From NCBI RefSeq assembly GCF_009914755.1, contig NC_060935.1: a stretch of DNA of 64,000 nt; one strand, 5' to 3'. Under the pieces are notes generated by a model, which was not told where the DNA came from, did not search any database, and was given only the letters and a program-made list of their open reading frames with translations. Source of the stretch: the human T2T-CHM13v2.0 reference genome, Homo sapiens. Both the position numbers and the translations under genes were made by a program. Positions 26,032-42,000 of the stretch are shown here, in pieces. Position 1 is the first letter of the stretch. Each line of letters opens with the position of its first letter.

Positions 26032-29000
26032 CATTCTCAGAATGTTTCCTGTGATGACTGCATTCAACTCACAGAGGTGAACAATCCTGCTGATGGAGCA
26101 GTTTTGAAACTCTCTTTCTTTGGATTCTGCATGTGGATATGTTGACCTCTGTGAAGATTTCGTTGGAAACGGGTTCATCTTCACAGAAAAACTAAACAGG
26201 AGCATTCTCAGAAACTGCTTTGTGATGTTTGTGTTCCACTTCAAGAATTGAACTTTCCTCTTGACAGAGCAGCTCTGAAACCCTCTTTTTCTAGAATCTG
26301 CAAGTGGACATTTGGAAGGATTTGAGGCCTGTGGTGGAAAAGGAAAATCTTCACATAAAAACTAGATGGAAGCATTCTCAGAAACTACTTTGTGATGATT
26401 GCATTCGACTCACAGAGTTGAACATTCCTATAGATAGAGCAGGTTGTAAACAATCCTTTTGTAGAATCTGCGATTGGAGATTTGGACTGCTTTGAGGCCT
26501 ACTGTAGTAAAGGAAATAACTTCATCTAAAAACCAAACGGAAGCATTTACAGACAATTCTTAGTGATCATTGGATTGAACTAACAGAGCTGAACATTCCT
26601 TTAGATGGAGCAGTTTCCAAACCCACTTTCTGTAGAATCTGCAAGTGGATATTTGGACTTCTCTGAGGATTTCGTTGGAAACGGGATAAACTTCCCAGAA
26701 CTACAGGGAAGCATTCTGAGAAACTTCTTTGCGATGTTTGCATTCAACTCACAGAGTTGAACCTTGCTTTCATAGTTCAGCTTTCAAACACTCTTTTTGT
26801 AGAATCTGCAAGTGGATATTTGGACCACTTTGTGGCCTTCCTTCGAAACGGGTATATCTTCACATCAAACCTAGACAGAAGCATTCTCAGAATGTTTCCT
26901 GTGATGACTGCATTCAACTCACAGAGGTGAACAATCCTGCTGATGGAGCAGTTTTGAAACTCTCTTTCTTTGGATTCTGCAAGTGGATATGTGGACCTCT
27001 GTGAAGATTTCGTTGGAAACGGGTTCATCTTCACAGAAAAACTAAACAGAAGCATTCTCAGAAACTGCTTTGTGATGTTTGTGTTCCACTTCAGGAATTG
27101 AACTTTCCTCTTGACAGAGCAGCTCTGAAACCCTCTTATTCTAGAATCTGCAAGTGGACATTTGGAGGGCTTTGAGGCCTGTGGTGGAAAAGGAAAATCT
27201 TCACATAAAAACTAGATGGAAGCATTCTCAGAAACTACTTTGTGATGATTGCATTCGACTCACAGAGTTGAACATTCCTATAGATAGAGCAGGTTGTAAA
27301 CAATCTTTTTGTAGAATCTGCGATTGGAGATTTGGACTGCTTTGAGGCCTACTGTAGTAAAGGAAATAACTTCATCTAAAAACCAAACGGAAGCATTCAC
27401 AGACAATTCTTAGTGATCATTGCATTGAACTAACAGAGCTGAACATTCCTTTAGATGGAGCAGTTTCCAAACACACTTTCTGTAGAACCTGCAAGTGGAT
27501 ATTTGGACCTCTCTGAGGATTTCGTTGGAAACGGGATAAACTTCCCAGAACTACACGGAAGCATTGTGAGAAAGTTCTTTGTGATGTTTGCATTCAACTC
27601 ACAGAGTTGAACCTTGCTTTCATAGTTCAGCTTTCAAACACTCTTTTTGTAGAATCTGCAAGTGGATATTTGGACCACTTTGTGGCCTTCCTTCGAAACG
27701 GGTATATCTTCACATCAAACCTAGACAGAAGCATTCTCAGAATGTTTCCTGTGATGACTGCATTCAACTCACAGAGGTGAACAATCCTGCTGATGGAGCA
27801 GTTTTGAAACTCTCTTTCTTTGGATTCTGCAAGTGGATATGTGGACCTCTGCGAAGATTTCGTTGGAAACGGGTTCATCTTCACAGAAAAACTAAACAGA
27901 AACATTCTCACAAACTGCTTTGTGATGTTTGTGTTCCACTTCAGGAATTGAACTTTCCTCTTCACAGAGCAGCTCTGAAACCCTCTTATTCTAGAATCTG
28001 CAAGTGGACATTTGGAGGGCTTTGAGGCCTGTGGTGGAAAAGGAAAATCTTCACATAAAAACTAGATGGAAGCATTCTCAGAAACTACTTTGTGATGATG
28101 GCTTTCGACTCACAGAGTTGAACATTCCTATAGATAGAGCAGGTTGTAAACAATCTTTTTGTAGAATCTGCGATTGGAGATTTGGACTGCTTTGAGGCCT
28201 ACTGTAGTAAAGGAAATAACTTCATCTAAAAACCAAACGGAAGCATTCACAGACAATTCTTAGTGATCATTGGATTGAACTAACAGAGCTGAACATTCCT
28301 TTAGATGGCGCAGTTTCCAAACACACTTTCTGTAGAATCTGCAAGTGGATATTTGGACCTCTCTGAGGATTTCGTTGGAAACGGGATAAACTTCCCAGAA
28401 TTACACGGAAGCATGCTGAGAAACTTCTTTGTGATGTTTGCATTCAACTCACAGAGTTGAACCTTGCTTTCATAGTTCAGCTTTCAAACACTCTTTTTGT
28501 AGAATCTGCAAGTGGATATTTGGACCACTTTGTGGCCTTCCTTCGAAACGGGTATATGTTCACATCAAACCTAGACAGAAGCATTCTCAGAATGTTTCCT
28601 GTGATGACTGCATTCAACTCACAGAGGTGAACAATCCTGCTGATGGAGCAGTTTTGAAACTCTCTTTCTTTGGATTCTGCAAGTGGATATGTGGACCTCT
28701 GTGAAGATTTCGTTGGAAACGGGTTCATCTTCACAGAAAAACTAAACAGAAGCATTCTCAGAAACTGCTTTGTGATGTTTGTGTTCCACTTCAGGAATTG
28801 AACTTTCCTCTTGACAGAGCAGCTCTGAAACCCTCTTATTCTAGAATCTGCAAGTGGACATTTGGAGGGCTTTGAGGCCTGTGGTGGAAAAGGAAAATCT
28901 TCACATAAAAACTAGATGGAAGCATTCTCAGAAACTACTTTGTGATGATTGCATTCGACTCACAGAGTTGAACATTCCTATAGATAGAGCAGGTTGTAAA

Positions 29001-30499
29001 CAATCTTTTTCTAGAATCTGCGATTGGAGATTTGGACTGCTTTGAGGCCTACTGTAGTAAAGGAAATAACTTCATCTAAAAACCAAACGGAAGCATTCAC
29101 AGACAATTCTTAGTGATCATTGCATTGAACTAACAGAGCTGAACATTCCTTTACATGGCGCAGTTTCCAAACACACTTTCTGTAGAATCTGCAAGTGGAT
29201 ATTTGGACCTCTCTGAGGATTTCGTTGGAAACGGGATAAACTTCCCAGAACTACACGGAAGCATTGTGAGAAACTTCTTTGTGATGTTTGCATTCAACTC
29301 ACAGAGTTGAACCTTGCTTTCATAGTTCAGCTTTCAAACCCTCTTTTTGTAGAATCTGCAAGTGGATATTTGGACCACTTTGTGGCCTTCCTTCGAAACG
29401 GATATATCTTCACATCAAACCTAGACAGAAGCATTCTCAGAATGTTTCCTGTCATGACTGCATTCAACTCCCTGAGGTGAACAATCCTGCTGATGGAGCA
29501 GTTTTGAACCTCTCTTTCTTTGGATTCTGCAAGTGGATATGTGTACCACTGTGAAGATTTCGTTGGAAACGGGTTCATCTTCACAGAAAAACTAAACAGA
29601 AGCATTCTCAGAAACTGCTTTGTGATGTTTGTGTTCCACTTCAGGAATTGAACTTTCCTCTTGACAGAGCAGCTCTGAAACCCTCTTTTTCTAGAATCTG
29701 CAAGTGGACATTTGGAGGGCTTTGAGGCCTGTGGTGGAAAAGGAAAATCTTCACATAAAAACTTTATGGAAGCATTCTCAGAAACTTCTTTGTGATCATT
29801 GCATTCGACTCACAGAGTTGAACATTCCTATAGATAGAGCAGGTTGTAAACAATCTTTTTGTAGAATCTGCGATTGGAGATTTGGACTGCTTTGAGGCCT
29901 ACTGTAGTAAAGGAAATAACTTCATCTAAAAACCAAACGGAAGCATTCACAGACAATTCTTAGTGATCATTGGATTGAACTAACAGAGCTGAACATTCCT
30001 TTAGATGGAGCAGTTTCCAAACACACTTTCTGTAGAATCTGCAAGTGGATATTTGGACTTCTCTGAGGATTTCGTTGGAAACGGGATAAACTTCCCAGAA
30101 CTACACGGAAGCATTGTGAGAAACTTCTTTGTGATGTTTGCATTCAACTCACAGAGTTGAAACTTGCTTTCATAGTTCAGCTTTCAAACACTCTTTTTGT
30201 AGAATCTGCAAGTGGATATTTGGACCACATTGTGGCCTTCCTTCGAAACGGGTATATCTTCCCATCAAACCTAGACAGAAGCATTCTCAGAATGTTTCCT
30301 GTGATGACTGCATTCAACTCACAGCGGTGAACAATCCTGTTGATGGAGCACTTTTGAAACTCTCTTTCTTTGGATTCTGCAAGTAGATATGTGGACCTCT
30401 GTGAAGATTTCGTTGGAAACGGGTTCATCTTCACAGAAAAACTAAACAGAAGCATTCTCAGAAACTACTTTGTGATGTTTGTGTTCCACTTCAAGAATT

Positions 30500-33400
30500 G
30501 AACTTTCCTCTTGACAGAGCAGCTCTGAAACCCTCTTTTTCTAGAATCTGCAAGTGGACATTTGGAGGGCTTTGAGGCCTGTGGTGGAAAAGGAAAATCT
30601 TCACATAAAAACTAGATGGAAGCATTCTCAGAAACTACTTTGTGATGATTGCATTCGACTCACAGAGTTGAACATTCCTATAGATAGAGCAGGTTGTAAA
30701 CAATCTTTTTGTAGAATCTGCGATTGGAGATTTGGACTGCTTTGAGGCCTACTGTAGTAATGGAAATTACTTCATCTAAAAACCAAACGGAAGCATTCAC
30801 AGACAATTCTTAGTGATCATTGCATTGAACTAACAGAGCTGAACATTCCTTTAGATGGAGCAGTTTCCAAACACACTTTCTGTAGAACCTGCAAGTGGAT
30901 ATTTGGACCTCTCTGAGGATTTCGTTGGAAACGGGATAAACTTCCCAGAACTACACGGAAGCATTCTGAGAAACTTCTTTGTGATGTTTGCATTCAACTC
31001 ACAGAGTTGAACCTTGCTTTCATAGTTCAGCTTTCAAACCCTCTTTTTGTAGAATCTGCAAGTGGATATTTTGACCACTTTGTGGCCTTCCTTCGAAACG
31101 GGTATATCTTCACATCAAACCTAGACAGAAGCATTCTCAGAATGTTTCCTGTGATGACTGCATTCAACTCACAGAGGTGAACAATCCTGCTGATGGAGGA
31201 GTTTTGAAACTCTCTTTCTTTGGATTCTGCAAGTGGATATGTGGACCTCTGTGAAGATTTCGTTGGAAACGGGTTCATCTTCACAGAAAAACTAAACAGA
31301 AGCATTCTCAGAAACTGCTTTGTGATGTTTGTGTTCCACTTCAGGAATTGAACTTTCCTCTTGACAGAGCAGCTCTGAAACCCTCTTATTCTAGAATCTG
31401 CAAGTGGACATTTGGAGGGCTTTGAGGCCTGTGGTGGAAAAGGAAAATCTTCACATAAAAACTAGATGGAAGCATTCTCAGAAACTACTTTGTGATGATT
31501 GCATTCGACTCACAGAGTTGAACATTCCTATTGATAGAGCAGGTTGTAAACAATCTTTTTCTAGAATCTGCTATTGGAGATTTGGACTGCTTTGAGGCCT
31601 ACTGTAGTAAAGGAAATAACTTCATCTAAAAACCAAACGGAAGCATTCACAGACAATTCTCAGTGATCATTGGATTGAACTAACAGAGCTGAACATTCCT
31701 TTAGATGGAGCAGTTTCCAAACAAACTTTCTGTAGAATCTGCAAGTGGATATTTGGACTTCTCTGAGAATTTCGTTGGAAAAGGGATAAACTTCCAGAAC
31801 TACACGGAAGCATTGTGAGAAACTTCTTTGTGATGTTTGCATTCAACTCACAGAGTTGAACCTTGCTTTCATAGTTCAGCTTTCAAACACTCTTTTTGTA
31901 GAATCTGCAAGTGGATATTTGGACCACTTTGTGGCCTTCCTTCGAAACGGGTATATCTTCACATCAAACCTAGACAGAAGCATTCTCAGAATGTTTCCTG
32001 TGATGACTGCATTCAACTCACAGAGGTGAACAATCCTGCTGATGGAGCAGTTTTGAAACTCTCTTTCTTTGGATTCTGCATGTGGATATGTTGACCTCTG
32101 TGAAGATTTCGTTGGAAACGGGTTCATCTTCACAGAAAAACTAAACAGGAGCATTCTCAGAAACTGCTTTGTGATGTTTGTGTTCCACTTCAAGAATTGA
32201 ACTTTCCTCTTGACAGAGCAGCTCTGAAACCCTCTTTTTCTAGAATCTGCAAGTGGACATTTGGAGTGCTTTGAGGCCTGTGGTGGAAAAGGAAAATCTT
32301 CACATAAAAACTAGATGGAAGCATTCTCAGAAACTACTTTGTGATGATTGCATTCGACTCACAGAGTTGAACATTCCTATAGATAGAGCAGGTTGTAAAC
32401 AATCCTTTTGTAGAATCTGCGATTGGAGATTTGGACTGCTTTGAGGCCTACTGTAGTAAAGGAAATAACTTCATCTAAAAACCAAACGGAAGCATTTACA
32501 GACAATTCTTAGTGATCATTGCATTGAACTAACAGAGCTGAACATTCCTTTAGATGGAGCAGTTTCCAAACCCACTTTCTGTAGAATCTGCAAGTGGATA
32601 TTTGGACTTCTCTGAGGATTTCGTTGGAAACGGGATAAACTTCCCAGAACTACAGGGAAGCATTGTGAGAAACTTCTTTGTGATGTTTGCATTCAACTCA
32701 CAGAGTTGAACCTTGCTTTCATAGTTCAGCTTTCAAACACTCTTTTTGTAGAATCTGCAAGTGGATATTTGGACCACTTTGTGGCCTTCCTTCGAAACGG
32801 GTATATCTTCCCATCAAACCTAGACAGAAGCATTCTCAGAATGTTTCCTGTGATGACTGCATTCAACTCACAGAGGTGAACAATCCTGTTGATGGAGCAC
32901 TTTTGAAACTCTCTTTCTTTGGATTCTGCAAGTTGATATGTGGACCTCTGTGAAGATTTCGTTGGAAACGGGTTCATCTTCACAGAAAAACTAAACAGAA
33001 GCATTCTCAGAAACTACTTTGTGATGTTTGTGTTCCACTTCAAGAATTGAACTTTCCTCTTGACAGAGCAGCTCTGAAACCCTCTTTTTCTAGAATCTGC
33101 AAGTGGACATTTGGAGGGCTTTGAGGCCTGTGGTGGAAAAGGAAAATCTTCACATAAAAACTAGATGGAAGCATTCTCAGAAACTACTTTGTGATGATTG
33201 CATTCGACTCACAGAGTTGAACATTCCTATAGATAGAGCAGGTTGTAAACAATCTTTTTGTAGAATCTGCGATTGGAGATTTGGACTGCTTTGAGGCCTA
33301 CTGTAGTAATGGAAATTACTTCATCTAAAAACCAAACGGAAGCATTCACAGACAATTCTTAGTGATCATTGCATTGAACTAACAGAGCTGAACATTCCTT

Positions 33401-36050
33401 TAGATGGAGCAGTTTCCAAACACACTTTCTGTAGAACCTGCAAGTGGATATTTGGACCTCTCTGAGGATTTCGTTGGAAAAGGGATAAACTTCCCAGAAC
33501 TACACGGAAGCATTCTGAGAAACTTCTTTGTGATGTTTGCATTCAACTCACAGAGTTGAACCTTGCTTTCATAGTTCAGCTTTCAAACCCTCTTTTTGTA
33601 GAATCTGCAAGTGGATATTTGGACCACTTTGTGGCCTTCCTTCGAAACGGGTATATCTTCACATCAAACCTAGACAGAAGCATTCTCAGAATGTTTCCTG
33701 TGATGACTGCATTCAACTCACAGAGGTGAACAATCCTGCTGATGGAGGAGTTTTGAAACTCTCTTTCTTTGGATTCTGCAAGTGGATATGTGGACCTCTG
33801 TGAAGATTTCGTTGGAAACGGGTTCATCTTCACAGAAAAACTAAACAGAAGCATTCTCAGAAACTGCTTTGTGATGTTTGTGTTCCACTTCAGGAATTGA
33901 ACTTTCCTCTTGACAGAGCAGCTCTGAAACCCTCTTATTCTAGAATCTGCAAGTGGACATTTGGAGGGCTTTGAGGCCTGTGGTGGAAAAGGAAAATCTT
34001 CACATAAAAACTAGATGGAAGCATTCTCAGAAACTACTTTGTGATGATTGCATTCGACTCACAGAGTTGAACATTCCTATTGATAGAGCAGGTTGTAAAC
34101 AATCTTTTTCTAGAATCTGCTATTGGAGATTTGGACTGCTTTGAGGCCTACTGTAGTAAAGGAAATAACTTCATCTAAAAATCAAACGGAAGCATTCACA
34201 GACAATTCTCAGTGATCATTGGATTGAACTAACAGAGCTGAACATTCCTTTAGATGGAGCAGTTTCCAAACAAACTTTCTGTAGAATCTGCAAGTGGATA
34301 TTTGGACTTCTCTGAGAATTTCGTTGGAAAAGGGATAAACTTCCAGAACTACACGGAAGCATTGTGAGAATCTTCTTTGTGATGTTTGCATTCAACTCAC
34401 AGAGTTGAACCTTGCTTTCATAGTTCAGCTTTCAAACACTCTTTTTGTAGAATCTGCAAGTGGATATTTGGACCACTTTGTGGCCTTCCCTCGAAACGGG
34501 TATATCTTCACATCAAACCTAGACAGAAGCATTCTCAGAATGTTTCCTGTGATGACTGCATTCAACTCACAGAGGTGAACAATCCTGCTGATGGAGCAGT
34601 TTTGAAACTCTCTTTCTTTGGATTCTGCATGTGGATATGTTGACCTCTGTGAAGATTTCGTTGGAAACGGGTTCATCTTCACAGAAAAACTAAACAGGGG
34701 CATTCTCAGAAACTGCTTTGTGATGTTTGTGTTCCACTTCAAGAATTGAACTTTCCTCTTGACAGAGCAGCTCTGAAACCCTCTTTTTCTAGAATCTGCA
34801 AGTGGACATTTGGAAGGATTTGAGGCCTGTGGTGGAAAAGGAAAATCTTCACATAAAAACTAGATGGAAGCATTCTCAGAAACTACTTTGTGATGATTGC
34901 ATTCGACTCACAGAGTTGAACATTCCTATAGATAGAGCAGGTTGTAAACAATCCTTTTGTAGAATCTGCGATTGGAGATTTGGACTGCTTTGAGGCCTAC
35001 TGTAGTAAAGGAAATAACTTCATCTAAAAACCAAACGGAAGCATTTACAGACAATTCTTAGTGATCATTGGATTGAACTAACAGAGCTGAACATTCCTTT
35101 AGATGGAGCAGTTTCCAAACCCACTTTCTGTAGAATCTGCAAGTGGATATTTGGACTTCTCTGAGGATTTCGTTGGAAACGGGATAAACTTCCCAGAACT
35201 ACAGGGAAGCATTGTGAGAAACTTCTTTGTGATGTTTGCATTCAACTCACAGAGTTGAACCTTGCTTTCATAGTTCAGCTTTCAAACACTCTATTTGTAG
35301 AATCTGCAAGTGGATATTTGGACCACTTTGTGGCCTTCCTTCGAAACGGGTATATCTTCCCATCAAACCTAGACAGAAGCATTCTCAGAATGTTTCCTGT
35401 GATGACTGCATTCAACTCACAGAGGTGAACAATCCTGTTGATGGAGCACTTTTGAAACTCTCTTTCTTTGGATTCTGCAAGTTGATATGTGGACCTCTGT
35501 GAAGATTTCGTTGGAAACGGGTTCATCTTCACAGAAAAACTAAACAGAAGCATTCTCAGAAACTACTTTGTGATGTTTGTGTTCCACTTCAAGAATTGAA
35601 CTTTCCTCTTGACAGAGCAGCTCTGAAACCCTCTTTTTCTAGAATCTGCAAGTGGACATTTGGAGGGCTTTGAGGCCTGTGGTGGAAAAGGAAAATCTTC
35701 ACATAAAAACTAGATGGAAGCATTCTCAGAAACTACTTTGTGATGATTGCATTCGACTCACAGAGTTGAACATTCCTATAGATAGAGCAGGTTGTAAACA
35801 ATCTTTTTGTAGAATCTGCGATTGGAGATTTGGACTGCTTTGAGGCCTACTGTAGTAATGGAAATTACTTCATCTAAAAACCAAACGGAAGCATTCACAG
35901 ACAATTCTTAGTGATCATTGCATTGAACTAACAGAGCTGAACATTCCTTTAGATGGAGCAGTTTCCAAACACACTTTCTGTAGAACCTGCAAGTGGATAT
36001 TTGGACCTCTCTGAGGATTTCGTTGGAAACGGGATAAACTTCCCAGAACT
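30500..36050 (+). repeat. Tandem 3-HOR block repeat (period 2549 bp, about 2.2 copies)
   Basis: Matching variants at 30554/33103/35652 (TAGTAATGGAAATTAC), 31404/33953, 31837/34386 and 32687/35236, plus the shared 1-bp deletion CTTCCAG at ~31793 and ~34342. Confidence 0.85.
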
Positions 36051-39000
36051 ACACGGAAGCATTGTGAGAAACTTCTTTGTGATGTTTGCATTCAACTCAC
36101 AGAGTTGAACCTTGCTTTCATAGTTCAGCTTTCAAACACTCTTTTTGTAGAATCTGCAAGTGGATATTTGGACCACTTTGTGGCCTTCCTTCGAAACGGG
36201 TATATCTTCACATCAAACCTAGACAGAAGCATTCTCAGAATGTTTCCTGTGATGACTGCATTCAACTCACAGAGGTGAACAATCCTGCTGATGGAGCAGT
36301 TTTGAAACTCTCTTTCTTTGCATTCTGCAAGTGGATATGGGGACCTCTGTGAAGATTTCGTTGGAAACGGGTTCATCTTCACAGAAAAACTAAACAGAAG
36401 CATTCTCAGAAACTGCTTTGTGATGTTTGTGTTCCACTTCAGGAATTGAACTTTCCTCTTGACAGAGCAGCTCTGAAACCCTCTTTTTCTAGAATCTGCA
36501 AGTGGACATTTGGAGGGCTTTGAGGCCTGTGGTGGAAAAGGAAAATCTTCACATAAAAACTTTATGGAAGCATTCTCAGAAACTTCTTTGTGATCATTGC
36601 ATTCGACTCACAGAGTTGAACATTCCTATAGATAGAGCAGGTTGTAAACAATCTTTTTCTAGAATCTGCGATTGGAGATTTGGACTGCTTTGAGGCCTAC
36701 TGTAGTAAAGGAAATAACTTCATCTAAAAACCAAACGGAAGCATTCACAGACAATTCTTAGTGATCATTGGATTGAACTAAGAGAGCTGAACATTCCTTT
36801 AGATGGAGCAGTTTCCAAACACACTTTCTGTAGAATCTGCAAGTGGATATTTGGACTTCTCTGAGGATTTCGTTGGAAACGGGATAAACTTCCCAGAACT
36901 ACACGGAAGCATTGTGAGAAACTTCTTTGTGATGTTTGCATTCAACTCACAGAGTTGAACCTTGCTTTCATAGTTCAGCTTTCAAACACTCTTTTTGTAG
37001 AATCTGCAAGTGGATATTTGGACCACATTGTGGCCTTCCTTCGAAACGGGTATATCTTCCCATCAAACCTAGACAGAAGCATTCTCAGAATGTTTCCTGT
37101 GATGACTGCATTCAACTCACAGAGGTGAACAATCCTGTTGATGGAGCACTTTTGAAACTCTCTTTCTTTGGATTCTGCAAGTAGATATGTGGACCTCTGT
37201 GAAGATTTCGTTGGAAACGGGTTCATCTTCACAGAAAAACTAAACAGAAGCATTCTCAGAAACTACTTTGTGATGTTTGTGTTCCACTTCAAGAATTGAA
37301 CTTTCCTCTTGACAGAGCAGCTCTGAAACCCTCTTTTTCTAGAATCTGCAAGTGGACATTTGGAGGGCTTTGAGGCCTGTGGTGGAAAAGGAAAATCTTC
37401 ACATAAAAACTAGATGGAAGCATTCTCAGAAACTACTTTGTGATGATTGCATTCGACTCACAGAGTTGAACATTCCTATAGATAGAGCAGGTTGTAAACA
37501 ATCCTTTTGTAGAATCTGCGATTGGAGATTTGGACTGCTTTGAGGCCTACTGTAGTAATGGAAATAACTTCATCTAAAAACCAAACGGAAGCATTCACAG
37601 ACAATTCTTAGTGATCATTGGATTGAACTAACAGAGCTGAACATTCCTTTAGATGGAGCAGTTTCCAAACACACTTTCTGTAGAACCTGCAAGTGGATAT
37701 TTGGACCTCTCTGAGGATTTCGTTGGAAACGGGATAAACTTCCCAGAACTACAGGGAAGCATTGTGAGAAACTTCTTTGTGATGTTTGCATTCAACTCAC
37801 AGAGTTGAACCTTGCTTTCATAGTTCAGCTTTCAAACACTCTTTTTGTAGAATCTGCAAGTGGATATTTGGACCACTTTGTGGCCTTCCTTCGAAACGGG
37901 TATATCTTCACATCAAACCTAGACAGAAGCATTCTCAGAATGTTTCCTGTGATGACTGCATTCAACTCACAGAGGTGAACAATCCTGCTGATGGAGCAGT
38001 TTTGAAACTCTCTTTCTTTGGATTCTGCAAGTGGATATGTGGACCTCTGTGAAGATTTCGTTGGAAACGGGTTCATCTTCACAGAAAAACTAAACAGGAG
38101 CATTCTCAGAAACTGCTTTGTGATGTTTGTGTTCCACTTCAAGAATTGAACTTTCCTCTTGACAGAGCAGCTCTGAAACCCTCTTATTCTATAATCTGCA
38201 AGTGGACATTTGGAGGGCTTTGAGGCCTGTGGTGGAAAAGGAAAATCTTTACATAAAAACTAGATGGAAGCATTCTCAGAAACTACTTTGTGATGATTGC
38301 ATTCGACTCACAGAGCTGAACATTCCTATAGATAGAGCAGGTTGTAAACAATCTTTTTGTAGAATCTGCGATTGGAGATTTGGACTGCTTTGAGGCCTAC
38401 TGTAGTAAAGGAAATAACTTCATCTAAAAACCAAACGGAAGCATTCACAGACAATTCTTAGTGATCATTGGATTGAACTAACAGAGCTGAACATTCCTTT
38501 AGATGGAGCAGTTTCCAAACCCACTTTCTGTAGAATCTGCAAGTGGATATTTGGACTTCTCTGAGGATTTCGTTGGAAACGGGATAAACTTCCCAGAACT
38601 ACACGGAAGCATTGTGAGAAACTTCTTTGTGATGTTTGCATTCAACTCACAGAGTTGAACCTTGTTTTCATAGTTCAGCTTTCAAACACTCTTTTTGTAG
38701 AATCTGCAAGTGGATATTTGGACCACTTTGTGGCCTTCCTTCGAAACGGGTATATCTTCACATCAAACCTAGACAGAAGCATTCTCAGAATGTTTCCTGT
38801 GATGACTGCATTCAACTCACAGAGGTGAACAATCCTGCTGATGGAGCACTTTTGAAACTCTCTTTCTTTGGATTCTGCAAGTTGATATGTGGACCTCTGT
38901 GAAGATTTCGTTGGAAACGGGTTCATCTTCACAGAAAAACTAAACAGAAGCATTCTCAAAAACTACTTTGTGATGTTTGTGTTCCACTTCAAGAATTGAA

Positions 39001-42000
39001 CTTTCCTCTTGAGAGAGCAGCTCTGAAACCCTCTTTTTCTAGAATCTGCAAGTGGACATTTGGAGGGCTTTGAGGCCTGTGGTGGAAAAGGAAAATCTTC
39101 ACATAAAAACTAGATGGAAGCATTCTCAGAAACTACTTTGTGATGATTGCATTCGACTCACAGAGTTGAACATTCCTATAGATAGAGCAGGTTGTAAACA
39201 ATCTTTTTCTAGAATCTGCGATTGGAGATTTGGACTGCTTTGAGGCCTACTGTAGTAAAGGAAATAACTTCATCTAAAAACCAAACGGAAGCATTCACAG
39301 ACAATTCTCAGTGATCATTGGATTGAACTAACAGAGCTGAACATTCCTTTAGATGGAGCAGTTTCCAAACAAACTTTCTGTAGAATCTGCAAGTGGATAT
39401 TTGGACTTCTCTGAGAATTTCGTTGGAAAAGGGATAAAATTCCCAGAACTACACGGAAGCATTCTGAGAAACTTCTTTGTGATGTTTGCATTCAACTCAC
39501 AGAGTTGAACCTTGCTTTCATAGTTCAGCTTTCAAACACTCTTTTTGTAGAATCTGCAAGTGGATATTTGGACCACTTTGTGGCCTTCCTTCGAAACGGG
39601 TATATCTTCACATCAAACCTAGACAGAAGCATTCTCAGAATGTTTCCTGTGATGACTGCATTCAACTCACAGAGGTGAACAATCCTGCTGATGGAGCAGT
39701 TTTGAAACTCTCTTTCTTTGGATTCTGCATGTGGATATGTTGACCTCTGTGAAGATTTCGTTGGAAACGGGTTCATCTTCACAGAAAAACTAAACAGGAG
39801 CATTCTCAGAAACTGCTTTGTGATGTTTGTGTTCCACTTCAAGAATTGAACTTTCCTCTTGACAGAGCAGCTCTGAAACCCTCTTTTTCTAGAATCTGCA
39901 AGTGGACATTTGGAAGGATTTGAGGCCTGTGGTGGAAAAGGAAAATCTTCACATAAAAACTAGATGGAAGCATTCTCAGAAACTACTTTGTGATGATTGC
40001 ATTCGACTCACAGAGTTGAACATTCCTATAGATAGAGCAGGTTGTAAACAATCCTTTTGTAGAATCTGCGATTGGAGATTTGGACTGCTTTGAGGCCTAC
40101 TGTAGTAAAGGAAATAACTTCATCTAAAAACCAAACGGAAGCATTTACAGACAATTCTTAGTGATCATTGGATTGAACTAACAGAGCTGAACATTCCTTT
40201 AGATGGAGCAGTTTCCAAACCCACTTTCTGTAGAATCTGCAAGTGGATATTTGGACTTCTCTGAGGATTTCGTTGGAAACGGGATAAACTTCCCAGAACT
40301 ACAGGGAAGCATTGTGAGAAACTTCTTTGTGATGTTTGCATTCAACTCACAGAGTTGAACCTTGCTTTCATAGTTCAGCTTTCAAACACTCTTTTTGTAG
40401 AATCTGCAAGTGGATATTTGGACCACTTTGTGGCCTTCCTTCGAAACGGGTATATCTTCACATCAAACCTAGACAGAAGCATTCTCAGAATGTTTCCTGT
40501 GATGACTGCATTCAACTCACAGAGGTGAACAATCCTGCTGATGGAGGAGTTTTGAAACTCTCTTTCTTTGGATTCTGCAAGTGGATATGTGGACCTCTGT
40601 GAAGATTTCGTTGGAAACCGCTTCATCTTCACAGAAAAACTAAACAGAAGCATTCTCAGAAACTGCTTTGTGATGTTTGTGTTCCACTTCAGGAATTGAA
40701 CTTTCCTCTTGACAGAGCAGCTCTGAAACCCTCTTATTCTAGAATCTGCAAGTGGACATTTGGAGGGCTTTGAGGCCTGTGGTGGAAAAGGAAAATCTTC
40801 ACATAAAAACTAGATGGAAGCATTCTCAGAAACTACTTTGTGATGATTGCATTCGACTCACAGAGTTGAACATTCCTATAGATAGAGCAGGTTGTAAACA
40901 ATCTTTTTCTAGAATCTGCTATTGGAGATTTGGACTGCTTTGAGGCCTACTGTAGTAAAGGAAATAACTTCATCTAAAAACCAAACGGAAGCATTCACAG
41001 ACAATTCTCAGTGATCATTGGATTGAACTAACAGAGCTGAACATTCCTTTAGATGGAGCAGTTTCCAAACAAACTTTCTGTAGAATCTGCAAGTGGATAT
41101 TTGGACTTCTCTGAGAATTTCGTTGGAAAAGGGATAAACTTCCAGAACTACACGGAAGCATTGTGAGAAACTTCTTTGTGATGTTTGCATTCAACTCACA
41201 GAGTTGAACCTTGCTTTCATAGTTCAGCTTTCAAACACTCTTTTTGTAGAATCTGCAAGTGGATATTTGGACCACTTTGTGGCCTTCCTTCGAAACGGGT
41301 ATATCTTCACATCAAACCTAGACAGAAGCATTCTCAGAATGTTTCCTGTGATGACTGCATTCAACTCACAGAGGTGAACAATCCTGCTGATGGAGCAGTT
41401 TTGAAACTCTCTTTCTTTGGATTCTGCATGTGGATATGTTGACCTCTGTGAAGATTTCGTTGGAAACGGGTTCATCTTCACAGAAAAACTAAACAGGAGC
41501 ATTCTCAGAAACTGCTTTGTGATGTTTGTGTTCCACTTCAAGAATTGAACTTTCCTCTTGACAGAGCAGCTCTGAAACCCTCTTTTTCTAGAATCTGCAA
41601 GTGGACATTTGGAAGGATTTGAGGCCTGTGGTGGAAAAGGAAAATCTTCACATAAAAACTAGATGGAAGCATTCTCAGAAACTACTTTGTGATGATTGCA
41701 TTCGACTCACAGAGTTGAACATTCCTATAGATAGAGCAGGTTGTAAACAATCCTTTTGTAGAATCTGCGATTGGAGATTTGGACTGCTTTGAGGCCTACT
41801 GTAGTAAAGGAAATAACTTCATCTAAAAACCAAACGGAAGCATTTACAGACAATTCTTAGTGATCATTGGATTGAACTAACAGAGCTGAACATTCCTTTA
41901 GATGGAGCAGTTTCCAAACCCACTTTCTGTAGAATCTGCAAGTGGATATTTGGACTTCTCTGAGGATTTCGTTGGAAACGGGATAAACTTCCCAGAACTA

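Noticed and set aside
27588-28025. Longest ORF (145 aa)
   Set aside because: It arises from single SNVs (e.g. TGA to CGA at ~27852) removing stops in one HOR copy and only translates adjacent monomers.
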